Shown: in pieces, positions 1 to 7,383 of the stretch
Layout: each line of letters starts with the position of its first letter
Position numbering within the stretch: position 1 is the stretch's first letter
Assembly (NCBI RefSeq): GCF_002803295.2
Contig: NZ_PGGB02000004.1
Span: 264-32,263 of the forward strand
Source: Caedibacter taeniospiralis
GTDB taxonomy: Bacteria > Pseudomonadota > Gammaproteobacteria > Francisellales > Francisellaceae
Length of the DNA stretch: 32,000 nucleotides
Direction: 5' to 3'
Made by a program: the position numbers and the translations under genes
Notes under the pieces: generated by a model
The model's input: the letters and a program-made list of their open reading frames with translations, nothing else
Told to the model about the DNA's origin: nothing
Databases searched by the model: none

Positions 1-1
1 A

Positions 2-691
2 ACCTTTTTAGTCAGGATGATTGAAAAGCATCGTTATTTTATTCCTGATTTGGAGGATATTGTTGTTGGGGAGCTGATGTTATCTAAGTTTGATATTGAC
101 AATATGCCGATTGAAACCTTGCTCTTTCAAACGGGCTATCTCACCATTAAAGAGGTGACCTCGCGTGGCAGTAGAATGGCGTATCGTTTGGGTTACCCAA
201 ATTATGAAGTCAAATGTAGTTTAGCTGATGCTTTAGCTTCCATTGCTTGCAATGACAGCGCAAAAAACCAAGTCATTGATCAGCTTGTCAAGGCTTTAGA
301 GAACAATGATTTTAGACCCTTGGAGTTTGTGTTAAGTAGTCACTTCGCCTCTATCCCCAATGACTGGTATCGCAATAATCAAATTGAGAATTATGAGGGA
401 TTTTACGCGAGCATCGTTTATAGCTTTCTCACTGCCTTGGGATATGACACCATCCCTGAGGATGTGACCAATCACGGCAAAATCGATCTAACGATCATCA
501 TGCACGATAAGATCGTCATTATCGAGTTTAAACTCGCTAAGTTGGGGGATGCCAAGAGTGCTATTCAGCAGATTAAAGATAAAAAGTATGCAGAAAAGTA
601 CCTTAGCAGCAACAAGCCTGTTTATTTGATCGGTATCAGCTTCGACTCACAAGAACGTAATGTGATTGATTTAGTATCTGAGTCGTTTTGA
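2..691 (+). CDS. C-terminal part of a PD-(D/E)XK nuclease-family protein (AAA-ATPase-like / PDDEXK_9, DUF1703-type); 5' end cut by the window edge
   Basis: The frame stays open from nt 2 up to the ATG at 17 (T-F-L-V-R-M), so the gene starts upstream of the window. Motifs remembered for this family: ETLLFQTGYLTIKE, and the C-terminal block GKIDLTI..IVIIEFKL..AIQQIKDKKYAEKY..IGISFD (D..ExK-type core). Confidence 0.6.
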   Translation, partial: TFLVRMIEKHRYFIPDLEDIVVGELMLSKFDIDNMPIETLLFQTGYLTIKEVTSRGSRMAYRLGYPNYEVKCSLADALASIACNDSAKNQVIDQLVKALENNDFRPLEFVLSSHFASIPNDWYRNNQIENYEGFYASIVYSFLTALGYDTIPEDVTNHGKIDLTIIMHDKIVIIEFKLAKLGDAKSAIQQIKDKKYAEKYLSSNKPVYLIGISFDSQERNVIDLVSESF

Positions 692-727
692 CGCGTAGGG
701 GTGAAAAATATTTCGCCCTTACGCGTC
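690..727 (+). terminator. Stem-loop overlapping the stop codon of the first gene (possible terminator or REP-like element)
   Basis: GACGCGTAGGG (690-700) pairs with CCCTTACGCGTC (716-727): 11 bp with one bulge and a 15-nt loop. No clear T-tract follows, so a terminator function is uncertain. The GCGTAGGGG core recurs at 971-979. Confidence 0.3.
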
Positions 728-1085
728 ATATTCTGGCGTGACCAGTAAGACAAGTTTAAAACCCGTTTGACATGGATCATCAGCCCTGTCAAGCACAGTA
801 TTTATGTTTTTTTACTTGTGCTCGCTTTACAACGCATAATAGGGTAAGGACAATAAAACATGATTGGCACGTTATGGTAGGAGAAATCATGTCCCACATG
901 CGTGGTTTTCACACCTAATAACTTCCGTGAATTTGGCATTGGTCAATATCTTCACCCATGATGGCACATTGCGTAGGGGCGTACTGCATACGCCGCTGTA
1001 AAAGTGGGCAGTGACTTTGTCAAAACCGTAAATTTAAAGGAAAAAATGGCTTAGGACCAGATTTCCGCCCAAACAAAATACTGTC

Positions 1086-1105
1086 ATTCCCGCGAAGGCG
1101 GGAAT
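1086..1105. repeat. REP-like palindrome ATTCCCGC-GAAG-GCGGGAAT
   Basis: Perfect 8-bp arms with a 4-nt loop, in a 513-bp intergenic region. This ATTCCCGCGnnnGCGGGAAT type of extragenic palindrome is widespread in proteobacterial genomes. It generates the spurious antisense ORF 1084-1329. Confidence 0.45.
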
Positions 1106-1204
1106 CCAGCTTTCAAACAACTCCAGCGACTTCGCGCAGGGTGACAGTGGACGGAAACATGGTCAGAGCAGGAAAAAATTAACTTAATGAATGGCAGGTG
1201 ATTT

Positions 1205-1687
1205 ATGAAGAAAGCTTTGATTCCCCTTTTAACAGTTGGCGTATTATTTTCCGCAATCAATTTCGCAGCCGAGTCAGGCAAAGCTGAAGTCATCGTTGAA
1301 GCTAAAAGCATTTTAGGTGATCTTAGCATGACTCAAAAAATTGTGATTTCAGCTGCTGATGTCACCGCGGGCAAAGATAAGATTTTTGAATTAGCCGAGT
1401 TCTGTACTTACACCAATAATAAAGATGGTAAAGTAACCATTGACATATCAACCAATGAGAAAAAATTTGCCGTTATTGGCACTAACAGCGAAGGCGAATT
1501 ACCTTACACCTTAACCATTAACAAAACTGCGGTCAATTACGGTAAGAACCTGTTGTATGTAGATAGCAACGACCTGCCTTCAGGCTGCAAAACGAAAGAA
1601 ATTGTTACCATGACATTCAAGGGCAGTGATATTCGTAATGCAAAAGCAGGAACTTATAACGCCTCATTGAATTTAAGTGTTGCGTAA
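1205..1687 (+). CDS. Fimbrial (pilin) subunit-like secreted protein, chaperone-usher type
   Basis: AGGTGA Shine-Dalgarno site before the ATG. Signal peptide MKKALIPLLTVGVLFSAINFAAE. The C-terminal beta-strand AGTYNASLNLSVA resembles the C-terminus of CS1/CFA-I-class and SCPU pilins. It is paralogous to ORF 2250-2765 and sits upstream of an usher-like gene. Confidence 0.55.
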   Translation: MKKALIPLLTVGVLFSAINFAAESGKAEVIVEAKSILGDLSMTQKIVISAADVTAGKDKIFELAEFCTYTNNKDGKVTIDISTNEKKFAVIGTNSEGELPYTLTINKTAVNYGKNLLYVDSNDLPSGCKTKEIVTMTFKGSDIRNAKAGTYNASLNLSVA

Positions 1688-1755
1688 TTCCAAGTAACTT
1701 CAGAAATAAACCTAGGGAGTTAAAGCACCCTTATTGTTTTGGTCAGGAATAAAAT

Positions 1756-2217
1756 ATGAGATTATTACAAATTTTAACTGTAAGTTTTTCACTTATTAGT
1801 TTCTCTGCTACGACCTTTGCTGGCGCCGTTCTTGATATTGTCAACCCAGAGGTTAGTATTAATCAAAAGAGTCAGCGTGGCTACATTCCAATCACAAATA
1901 TTGGTAATGAAAGTGGCACCTTCATTGTTCAAGTGAAAAACATTACAGATCCACAACATGTGATTACGTATAGCAACAAAGAACTTAAGTCATTACCTGT
2001 TATTATCAGCCCATTACTGATTCCTAATTTAGGCGCAGGCAATAACAAAAGGGTCTCTGTTCGCAAAAAGGGGAAGATTGAAACACCGATGAAACTGCAA
2101 ATAGTGATCAGTGAATACAAGAAACCCGTTGATAATAACGGCGACATTGCTGATGATGCAGCTGGCATTGATATTCAAGGCTCCATCCATTACATTGCCA
2201 ATATCGACGTAGCCTAG
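1756..2217 (+). CDS. Periplasmic Ig-fold protein, candidate single-domain PapD-like fimbrial chaperone
   Basis: Signal peptide (..SATTFAGA). The pattern IPITNIGNESGTFIVQVKNI ... PVIISPLLIPNLGAGNNKRVSVRKKG ... KLQIVISEYKKP resembles the N-terminal domain of PapD-type chaperones. At 153 aa there is no room for the second domain. Confidence 0.4.
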   Translation: MRLLQILTVSFSLISFSATTFAGAVLDIVNPEVSINQKSQRGYIPITNIGNESGTFIVQVKNITDPQHVITYSNKELKSLPVIISPLLIPNLGAGNNKRVSVRKKGKIETPMKLQIVISEYKKPVDNNGDIADDAAGIDIQGSIHYIANIDVA

Positions 2218-2249
2218 AGGCTAAAAGTTATTAACCAGAGGCATTTAAG

Positions 2250-2765
2250 ATGCGCATAACAAATCTGACGTTCAGCCTTTGCATATGCCTGCTGGCACTC
2301 TTCCCACTTATCAGCTTTAGCGCTCAGTTTAGCAACAACTCTAAATATTTTGATCGCCAGGCTACAGATGAAAAAGAAGATCCTCGCTTTGTCATTGGAA
2401 ACCTTTCGCTTAATGAGAAAATTGTCATCAGCGCCAGAATGATTACAGAAAACACAGATCAGGTTATTCCACTTGGAACTTTTTGTGCGTATCAAAAAGG
2501 TCATAATCCCTTTCCTTTGCGCATTACTACTAACGAAAATGGCTTTATAGCTAAAGGGTTAAATGGTCAAGGTAATCTCCCCTATCACATCCTTGTGAAT
2601 AAAGTTGAGCTTAACTATAACCAAAAGCAAATGATTGAAACCAATAATTATGCTTTTGACGAATGTCAACTCTATGAGAACCTTGCCATAAAGTTCTCCA
2701 AATATACCATTCAAAATGCTAAGGCTGGTCGCTACGAGCTGTCACTTATTCTACAAAGCACATAG
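2250..2765 (+). CDS. Second fimbrial subunit-like protein (paralogue of 1205-1687)
   Basis: Signal peptide. Blocks shared with the 160-aa protein: (Q/E)KIVISA, FC(T/A)Y, G(E/N)LPY, NK..(L/V)NY, NAKAG.Y..SL.L. The C-terminus AGRYELSLILQST is very like the remembered CooA/CfaB ending (GQYQGLVSIILT..). Confidence 0.55.
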   Translation: MRITNLTFSLCICLLALFPLISFSAQFSNNSKYFDRQATDEKEDPRFVIGNLSLNEKIVISARMITENTDQVIPLGTFCAYQKGHNPFPLRITTNENGFIAKGLNGQGNLPYHILVNKVELNYNQKQMIETNNYAFDECQLYENLAIKFSKYTIQNAKAGRYELSLILQST

Positions 2766-2768
2766 GCT

Positions 2769-5228
2769 ATGATTCATAGCAAGAAAAAACGTTTATGTTT
2801 ACTATTAGGTATCACAACACTATGCCCTTTGTTTTTACTAGGGTTCTCGCCCAAACTGAGTATTGCCTCTGATTTACCTCCTGGCTTTGAAGATTTTGTC
2901 GAAGAAGATGAAACCAGCCTGGTAACCATCATGTTTGGCAAGGAAAAGCTGCTAGAAACACCTGCCACATTTAATGACGATAAGATCACCTTTAACGAAC
3001 CTGATCTAATTCTAAGCAAGCTTAAACCTTATATTTCTAAAACAGCACAGCACTTATTGCTTGAAGAAATAACACAAACCCAAAAAACCAATGCGGATCG
3101 CTTATGCACTAAGGGTCCAAATTGCGGCTTTGTCAGACCTCAGGTCTTCGGTGTGATTTTTGATCGCAATAACTACCGTGCGCATATTTTTATTAATCCT
3201 AAATACTTACTCGCACAAGATTCTGTTCCCGCTAAATTTTTGAAAGATTCAACCGCAGGATTTGGTGTACTTAATTTATTTCAGCTTGGAGCATCTGGCA
3301 ATAATGATCAGAACCAATCTATGGCACTTAATCATAATGGTTATCTAGGCTATGGTAATTGGCACCTCGATTATAAAGATAACCTCACTTATTCGCTTAC
3401 ACCTGGACAGCCACCGATCAGGCAATTTCAATTTCGAGATTTTGATCTCAACTGGCGCCGTAAAGAATACCACTTATCCCTTGGCTTACAAGATACGGTT
3501 GGCACAATGATTATCCCAAGCTTACAGATTGTTGGAGCAAGCTTACAAACCAACCTTGAGCTTTTGACTAATTTAAATGAACAAATCGCAACACCCGTTG
3601 AAGTAAACATCATCGTACCAAGTTATGTGGATGTCTATCGTGGCAACACATTAATTGGCACACAATACTTTCCACCAGGCAATCATTTTTTGGACACGCA
3701 AAGCTTTCCATCTGGCGCTTATATACTCAGGCTTGAGACACGCACACTCACCAATCAGACCTCAAACAAACAGGTGTACTTCATTAAAACGAATGCACTG
3801 CCATTATTGACCCTGCCAAACTACGCTATAAGTTATGGGCGCTTGGCTGAGCCAACTTCTGATACGGTTTTTCCAACCCTGACTGATCTTGATGTTTTGA
3901 CCCTGGAAGCCAAACAACGCCTGAACAATTTTTTTGGCATTGGTGAGCACTTAACCATGTTTGCTCAAAGAGAGGTGCTTAGCGAATTTATGTTGATGAT
4001 GGAGTTGTCTCACTTGAGTTTTTATAACTCTTTTGCACTGAGCAACTTCGGTGACCTGGGTGTTGCGTTCTCGATAGCTGGGAATATTTCAGGCGTAACA
4101 CTTAATACGTTTTTTCGTCAAATGTGGGTTAAGGAAAATAATAACCGCTATATCAACCAATATTTTGAAGATACACAGACAAGCAATACCAACCTTGGCA
4201 CATCGCTATCCTTCAGATGGCATGACATTAATTTTATGACTTCATTAAGCTACGCCTATGTCGATAATAATTTTCAGCACGATTTTGGTTTTGATGTTTC
4301 AAAAACCTTTAGTTTGGCTGACAATAATGATTTGACACTTTCATTATCACTTGATCACTCTGAAAGCAATAAGAGTGCTTTTATACAGCTTAGCTGGAAT
4401 TTTGGCACACCACGTGGCTGGTATGTGGCAGCGGAGCTTGAAGGTCAGTTCAGCCAACAGCCTGATCAGGGAACTCAAAGACAAGAAAACACCAAATTGA
4501 ATATTGGCAAAGAATTCATCCATGCGGACTATCAAAATGATCTTGGTTTAAGCTCTGAGATAAATCATAACACGCAATATTATTCTCAATATGCAAGCAC
4601 GAACAACCGCTATTTCAATACCCTGCAACAGTTGAATCTGGCACAGGCTAAAAACAATAAAGATGTGATCAGCTACAATATTCAAACTTCAACTTCATTT
4701 GCCTACGCACCCCTTAGTAATTGGGGAATAAGTAGCTCAGACAATCGCAGTGGTGTCATGATTTATGTTGCTGCTGATGTTCCTAGTAAGTACACCGTCT
4801 ATGTCGATGGCAAGGAAAGCATTGTGATCAATAATAATCAAAGCTACTTTATATCTATGCCTATATATCAAGAACACAACATTCAAGTGCAGACACATGA
4901 GGTAACCCTCAGTGTGCCTAATAATGATCGCAATGTTATTCTTTATCCAGGTAACGTTGAAACCATCAGGCTAAACGCTAAACCTGCCATTTTAGTCATG
5001 GGAAATTTTATTAGCTCAACAGGAGAAATATTAAGCCATGCCAAAATCAGCGGAGGATTAGAACCTGGTGAAACTGACACGGATGGCTTTGCGCAAATCG
5101 ACGTTCTAACGGGGGCTAAGCTTATTCTTGAAACGATGGATGGTCAAAAGTGTAGCGTCAACTCAGGTACCTTGGCGAGTGAAGATGGCATTGCATTTAA
5201 GGATGAGATTGTTTGCACAGTGGAATAG
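2769..5228 (+). CDS. Outer-membrane fimbrial usher-like protein (CooC/CfaC/TcfC-like, alternate chaperone-usher class)
   Basis: 819 aa with a signal peptide and beta-rich, aromatic-rich composition. The N-terminal DLPPGFEDFV..VTIMFGKEKL..KITFNEPDLIL..C..GPNCGF layout and the C-terminal DGFAQIDV...KCSV region are reminiscent of CS1-class ushers. It starts 3 nt after the pilin gene. Confidence 0.55.
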   Translation: MIHSKKKRLCLLLGITTLCPLFLLGFSPKLSIASDLPPGFEDFVEEDETSLVTIMFGKEKLLETPATFNDDKITFNEPDLILSKLKPYISKTAQHLLLEEITQTQKTNADRLCTKGPNCGFVRPQVFGVIFDRNNYRAHIFINPKYLLAQDSVPAKFLKDSTAGFGVLNLFQLGASGNNDQNQSMALNHNGYLGYGNWHLDYKDNLTYSLTPGQPPIRQFQFRDFDLNWRRKEYHLSLGLQDTVGTMIIPSLQIVGASLQTNLELLTNLNEQIATPVEVNIIVPSYVDVYRGNTLIGTQYFPPGNHFLDTQSFPSGAYILRLETRTLTNQTSNKQVYFIKTNALPLLTLPNYAISYGRLAEPTSDTVFPTLTDLDVLTLEAKQRLNNFFGIGEHLTMFAQREVLSEFMLMMELSHLSFYNSFALSNFGDLGVAFSIAGNISGVTLNTFFRQMWVKENNNRYINQYFEDTQTSNTNLGTSLSFRWHDINFMTSLSYAYVDNNFQHDFGFDVSKTFSLADNNDLTLSLSLDHSESNKSAFIQLSWNFGTPRGWYVAAELEGQFSQQPDQGTQRQENTKLNIGKEFIHADYQNDLGLSSEINHNTQYYSQYASTNNRYFNTLQQLNLAQAKNNKDVISYNIQTSTSFAYAPLSNWGISSSDNRSGVMIYVAADVPSKYTVYVDGKESIVINNNQSYFISMPIYQEHNIQVQTHEVTLSVPNNDRNVILYPGNVETIRLNAKPAILVMGNFISSTGEILSHAKISGGLEPGETDTDGFAQIDVLTGAKLILETMDGQKCSVNSGTLASEDGIAFKDEIVCTVE

Positions 5229-5284
5229 ATAATTCAAGTCACCCTTATGAATCACTGGGGTTATACACTTTTGCTGGTCTTAAA

Positions 5285-5459
5285 GACTACCCCGTCTGCA
5301 CGCCTGACCACTTTAAAGTGGTCAGGCGTGCAGCCACCCCTTCACTTGTGAAGGGGAATTTAGCAGGTCAATTGTTGATAGAATCAAGCCCCCAAGACCA
5401 ACAGATTTAATTCCCCTTCACAAGTGAAGGGGTGGCAACCGAAGGTTGACGGGGTAGTC
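5285..5459. repeat. 175-bp nested inverted-repeat element between convergent genes
   Basis: Outer 12-bp inverted repeat GACTACCCCGTC (5285-5296) / GACGGGGTAGTC (5448-5459). Perfect 36-bp palindrome at 5297-5332 (16-bp arms). Perfect 28-bp inverted repeat at 5333-5360 / 5409-5436, and each arm is itself palindromic (CCCCTTCAC..GTGAAGGGG). Confidence 0.8.
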
Positions 5460-5475
5460 ATAGCGTAAAAATCTA

Positions 5476-6249
5476 CTAAGGATCAGCTGTATCAGTTAGG
5501 CTTAGGTTATCAAAAGCCTCACTTAACGCTTTTATGCTAGGGTATTGCGCATTTTTGAAGCTTGAGTTCTTAGAAAAAACGGTGTAATACGTCTTGCTAA
5601 AAATTGGCGTTGGATGAACGACTATTCCTTCCAGTTTAATATCTTGAGTCAAATGCTCCACCACTTCAGGAATAGCTGGAATAAGTTGAATCTTATTTAT
5701 AATAAGCATTCTTAACGCCTGCTCTAAGGTGTTATAGGTTTCAATGCGCTCACTATTGTATGGCTTAGCCAAACAGCGTAATAGCGCGCTTGAGTAACTA
5801 TTATCCTTAACAAGACCAATTTTGATGTTAAGTAAGCTGAGATTAGGGCACAGATCAAAATACTGTTTTTCATGATTTTTGTTGCTTATCCATACATAGT
5901 TCACTTGAGTCATTGAGCTTCGTGGATAGTATACATAAGACTCGCGTGCTGTTTTTTTTGAAACCATCAAGGCTCCATCCATCTTCCCTGTTTGCACAAG
6001 CTTCCAGCACTGTTGCCACGGCATAATATGTACTTGAAGTTCAAGTTTAAGTTGAGCAAACATTTTTCTATTACGCTCAACATCAGAGCCCAATAGGTTA
6101 CCATCATGCTTGTAATCATAAGGTGGCCATGGTTCTGTGCAGAATTTTAGCATCGATCCATTTGCCTGAGCACCAACGACAGCTGGCACAATGAACCAGG
6201 TTAAACTGAGCAGTTTTAAATATGGATGCGTTTGCCTGTTTTTTCTCAT
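5476..6249 (-). CDS. Periplasmic solute-binding protein, family 3 (amino-acid ABC transporter-type SBP fold)
   Basis: GAGGAG Shine-Dalgarno site and a signal peptide. The N-terminal LKFCTEPWPPYDY motif and the ~250-aa size are typical of PBPb/SBP_bac_3 proteins. No permease or ATPase gene is adjacent. Confidence 0.55.
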   Translation of the reverse strand: MRKNRQTHPYLKLLSLTWFIVPAVVGAQANGSMLKFCTEPWPPYDYKHDGNLLGSDVERNRKMFAQLKLELQVHIMPWQQCWKLVQTGKMDGALMVSKKTARESYVYYPRSSMTQVNYVWISNKNHEKQYFDLCPNLSLLNIKIGLVKDNSYSSALLRCLAKPYNSERIETYNTLEQALRMLIINKIQLIPAIPEVVEHLTQDIKLEGIVVHPTPIFSKTYYTVFSKNSSFKNAQYPSIKALSEAFDNLSLTDTADP

Positions 6250-6315
6250 TTAAATACTCCTCTGAATGAGCTTCAAGAGTTTAACAACTTAACCAAATGA
6301 AATCATCCAGTTGTC

Positions 6316-7122
6316 TTACGTCCTATTTTTAATTGCGCTTCTTAGCTGCTCAAAGCTGATTAGCGCCTCATTGGGTGTGAGCTTTCTTGCCATGCTTTCT
6401 TTAGCTTTATAACCATAGCCATAAAATATTTCATAACTTACCACTAAGCCTTTGGTATGAAGATTATTGCAGAAGTTTTTCCAGCGATTTTTTCCTGTTA
6501 ATGTCTTACGCATTTTTGTATCACTCAAGGGCTCATTCAGCTCGCGAATATCCTGCCATAAAGTTTCAAGATCATCATACTGCAGGCTTAAGGTTTCGGC
6601 ATCCATCACTGGCGTTTTAAACTGCTCCCTTACCAGCAAGTCCCCCACATCGCGCATGTCAAGCATTTGGTTAATATGAGGCATACCATCACTTAGCTGC
6701 CAGGCTTTTTTGAGCTCTTGCAAGCTCCCGCTGCCAAAACTGGTAAATACAACAATACCTTCTGGTCTTAGCCGCTTATGCCAATCTCTTAAGGTTTTGG
6801 CTAGACTCGTGGCTTGATGAATTTTGCAGTTTGATATGATCAAATCGCACTCTTCATCATCTACTAACCGATCGGTGAGTCTTGCATTTGGATACAACTG
6901 CCTAAGCTTTTCTTGCTCAGTTGAATCAACTCCCTCCAGAAAAATAAGCGCAGGGTCAACTTTGATAAAACTGAGCTTATCTAAAAGCCGCTGGGTAATT
7001 TCATTTTTGATAAAGCTTTGTGCTCTATATCGTTGCTTATGACGAGCAAGCAATTGTTTAAATAAGGGTTGATCAAACATGCTAAAAAGCTGCCTAAGTT
7101 TAAGATACACGCATTCTACCAT
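6316..7122 (-). CDS. BioC-like class I SAM-dependent methyltransferase fold protein (motif I degenerate)
   Basis: Layout resembles BioC: A.SF....I..RLLDKL......P..I(L)--G then DLIISN...H......L..W...L.P.G...F. The usual LDxGxGxG is replaced by FLEGVDS. An alternative start is the ATG at 7080. Confidence 0.4.
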   Translation of the reverse strand: MVECVYLKLRQLFSMFDQPLFKQLLARHKQRYRAQSFIKNEITQRLLDKLSFIKVDPALIFLEGVDSTEQEKLRQLYPNARLTDRLVDDEECDLIISNCKIHQATSLAKTLRDWHKRLRPEGIVVFTSFGSGSLQELKKAWQLSDGMPHINQMLDMRDVGDLLVREQFKTPVMDAETLSLQYDDLETLWQDIRELNEPLSDTKMRKTLTGKNRWKNFCNNLHTKGLVVSYEIFYGYGYKAKESMARKLTPNEALISFEQLRSAIKNRT

Positions 7123-7186
7123 TCACCGAGCATCTTAGTGGGTAAGTATCTGCCGAATTTTTTAAAAAAACCAGCCATTTCATTTC

Positions 7187-7199
7187 GGACAGTCTGTCC
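7187..7199. promoter_or_regulatory. Perfect 13-bp palindrome GGACAGTCTGTCC in a divergent promoter region
   Basis: 6+1+6 palindrome between the methyltransferase (minus) and kinase (plus) genes. Two TACAAT hexamers follow at 7206-7211 and 7216-7221. Function unknown. Confidence 0.2.
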
Positions 7200-7383
7200 A
7201 TTTAATACAATCTGGTACAATTTATAGTGAAATCATGTAGGTAAGCTCGCGTTTTTGTGCAAAGATAACGTCACAATCAGGTTGGATTACAAAAAATACT
7301 AAACAAATGCAAATTATACATGACACAGCTACAATGCGCTGCCAGATGGGAACTATCCTGCCTGAATTAAAGGGAGTAGGCTA

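Noticed and set aside
1084-1329. 81-aa minus-strand ORF ending ..FPPSRE
   Set aside because: It begins antisense to the pilin gene's signal-peptide region and reads through the ATTCCCGCGAAGGCGGGAAT palindrome. This is a classic REP-derived spurious ORF.
5213-5410. 65-aa ORF downstream of the usher gene
   Set aside because: It runs through the nested palindromic element. Its sequence is dictated by the inverted repeats, there is no ribosome-binding site, and it overlaps the usher stop.
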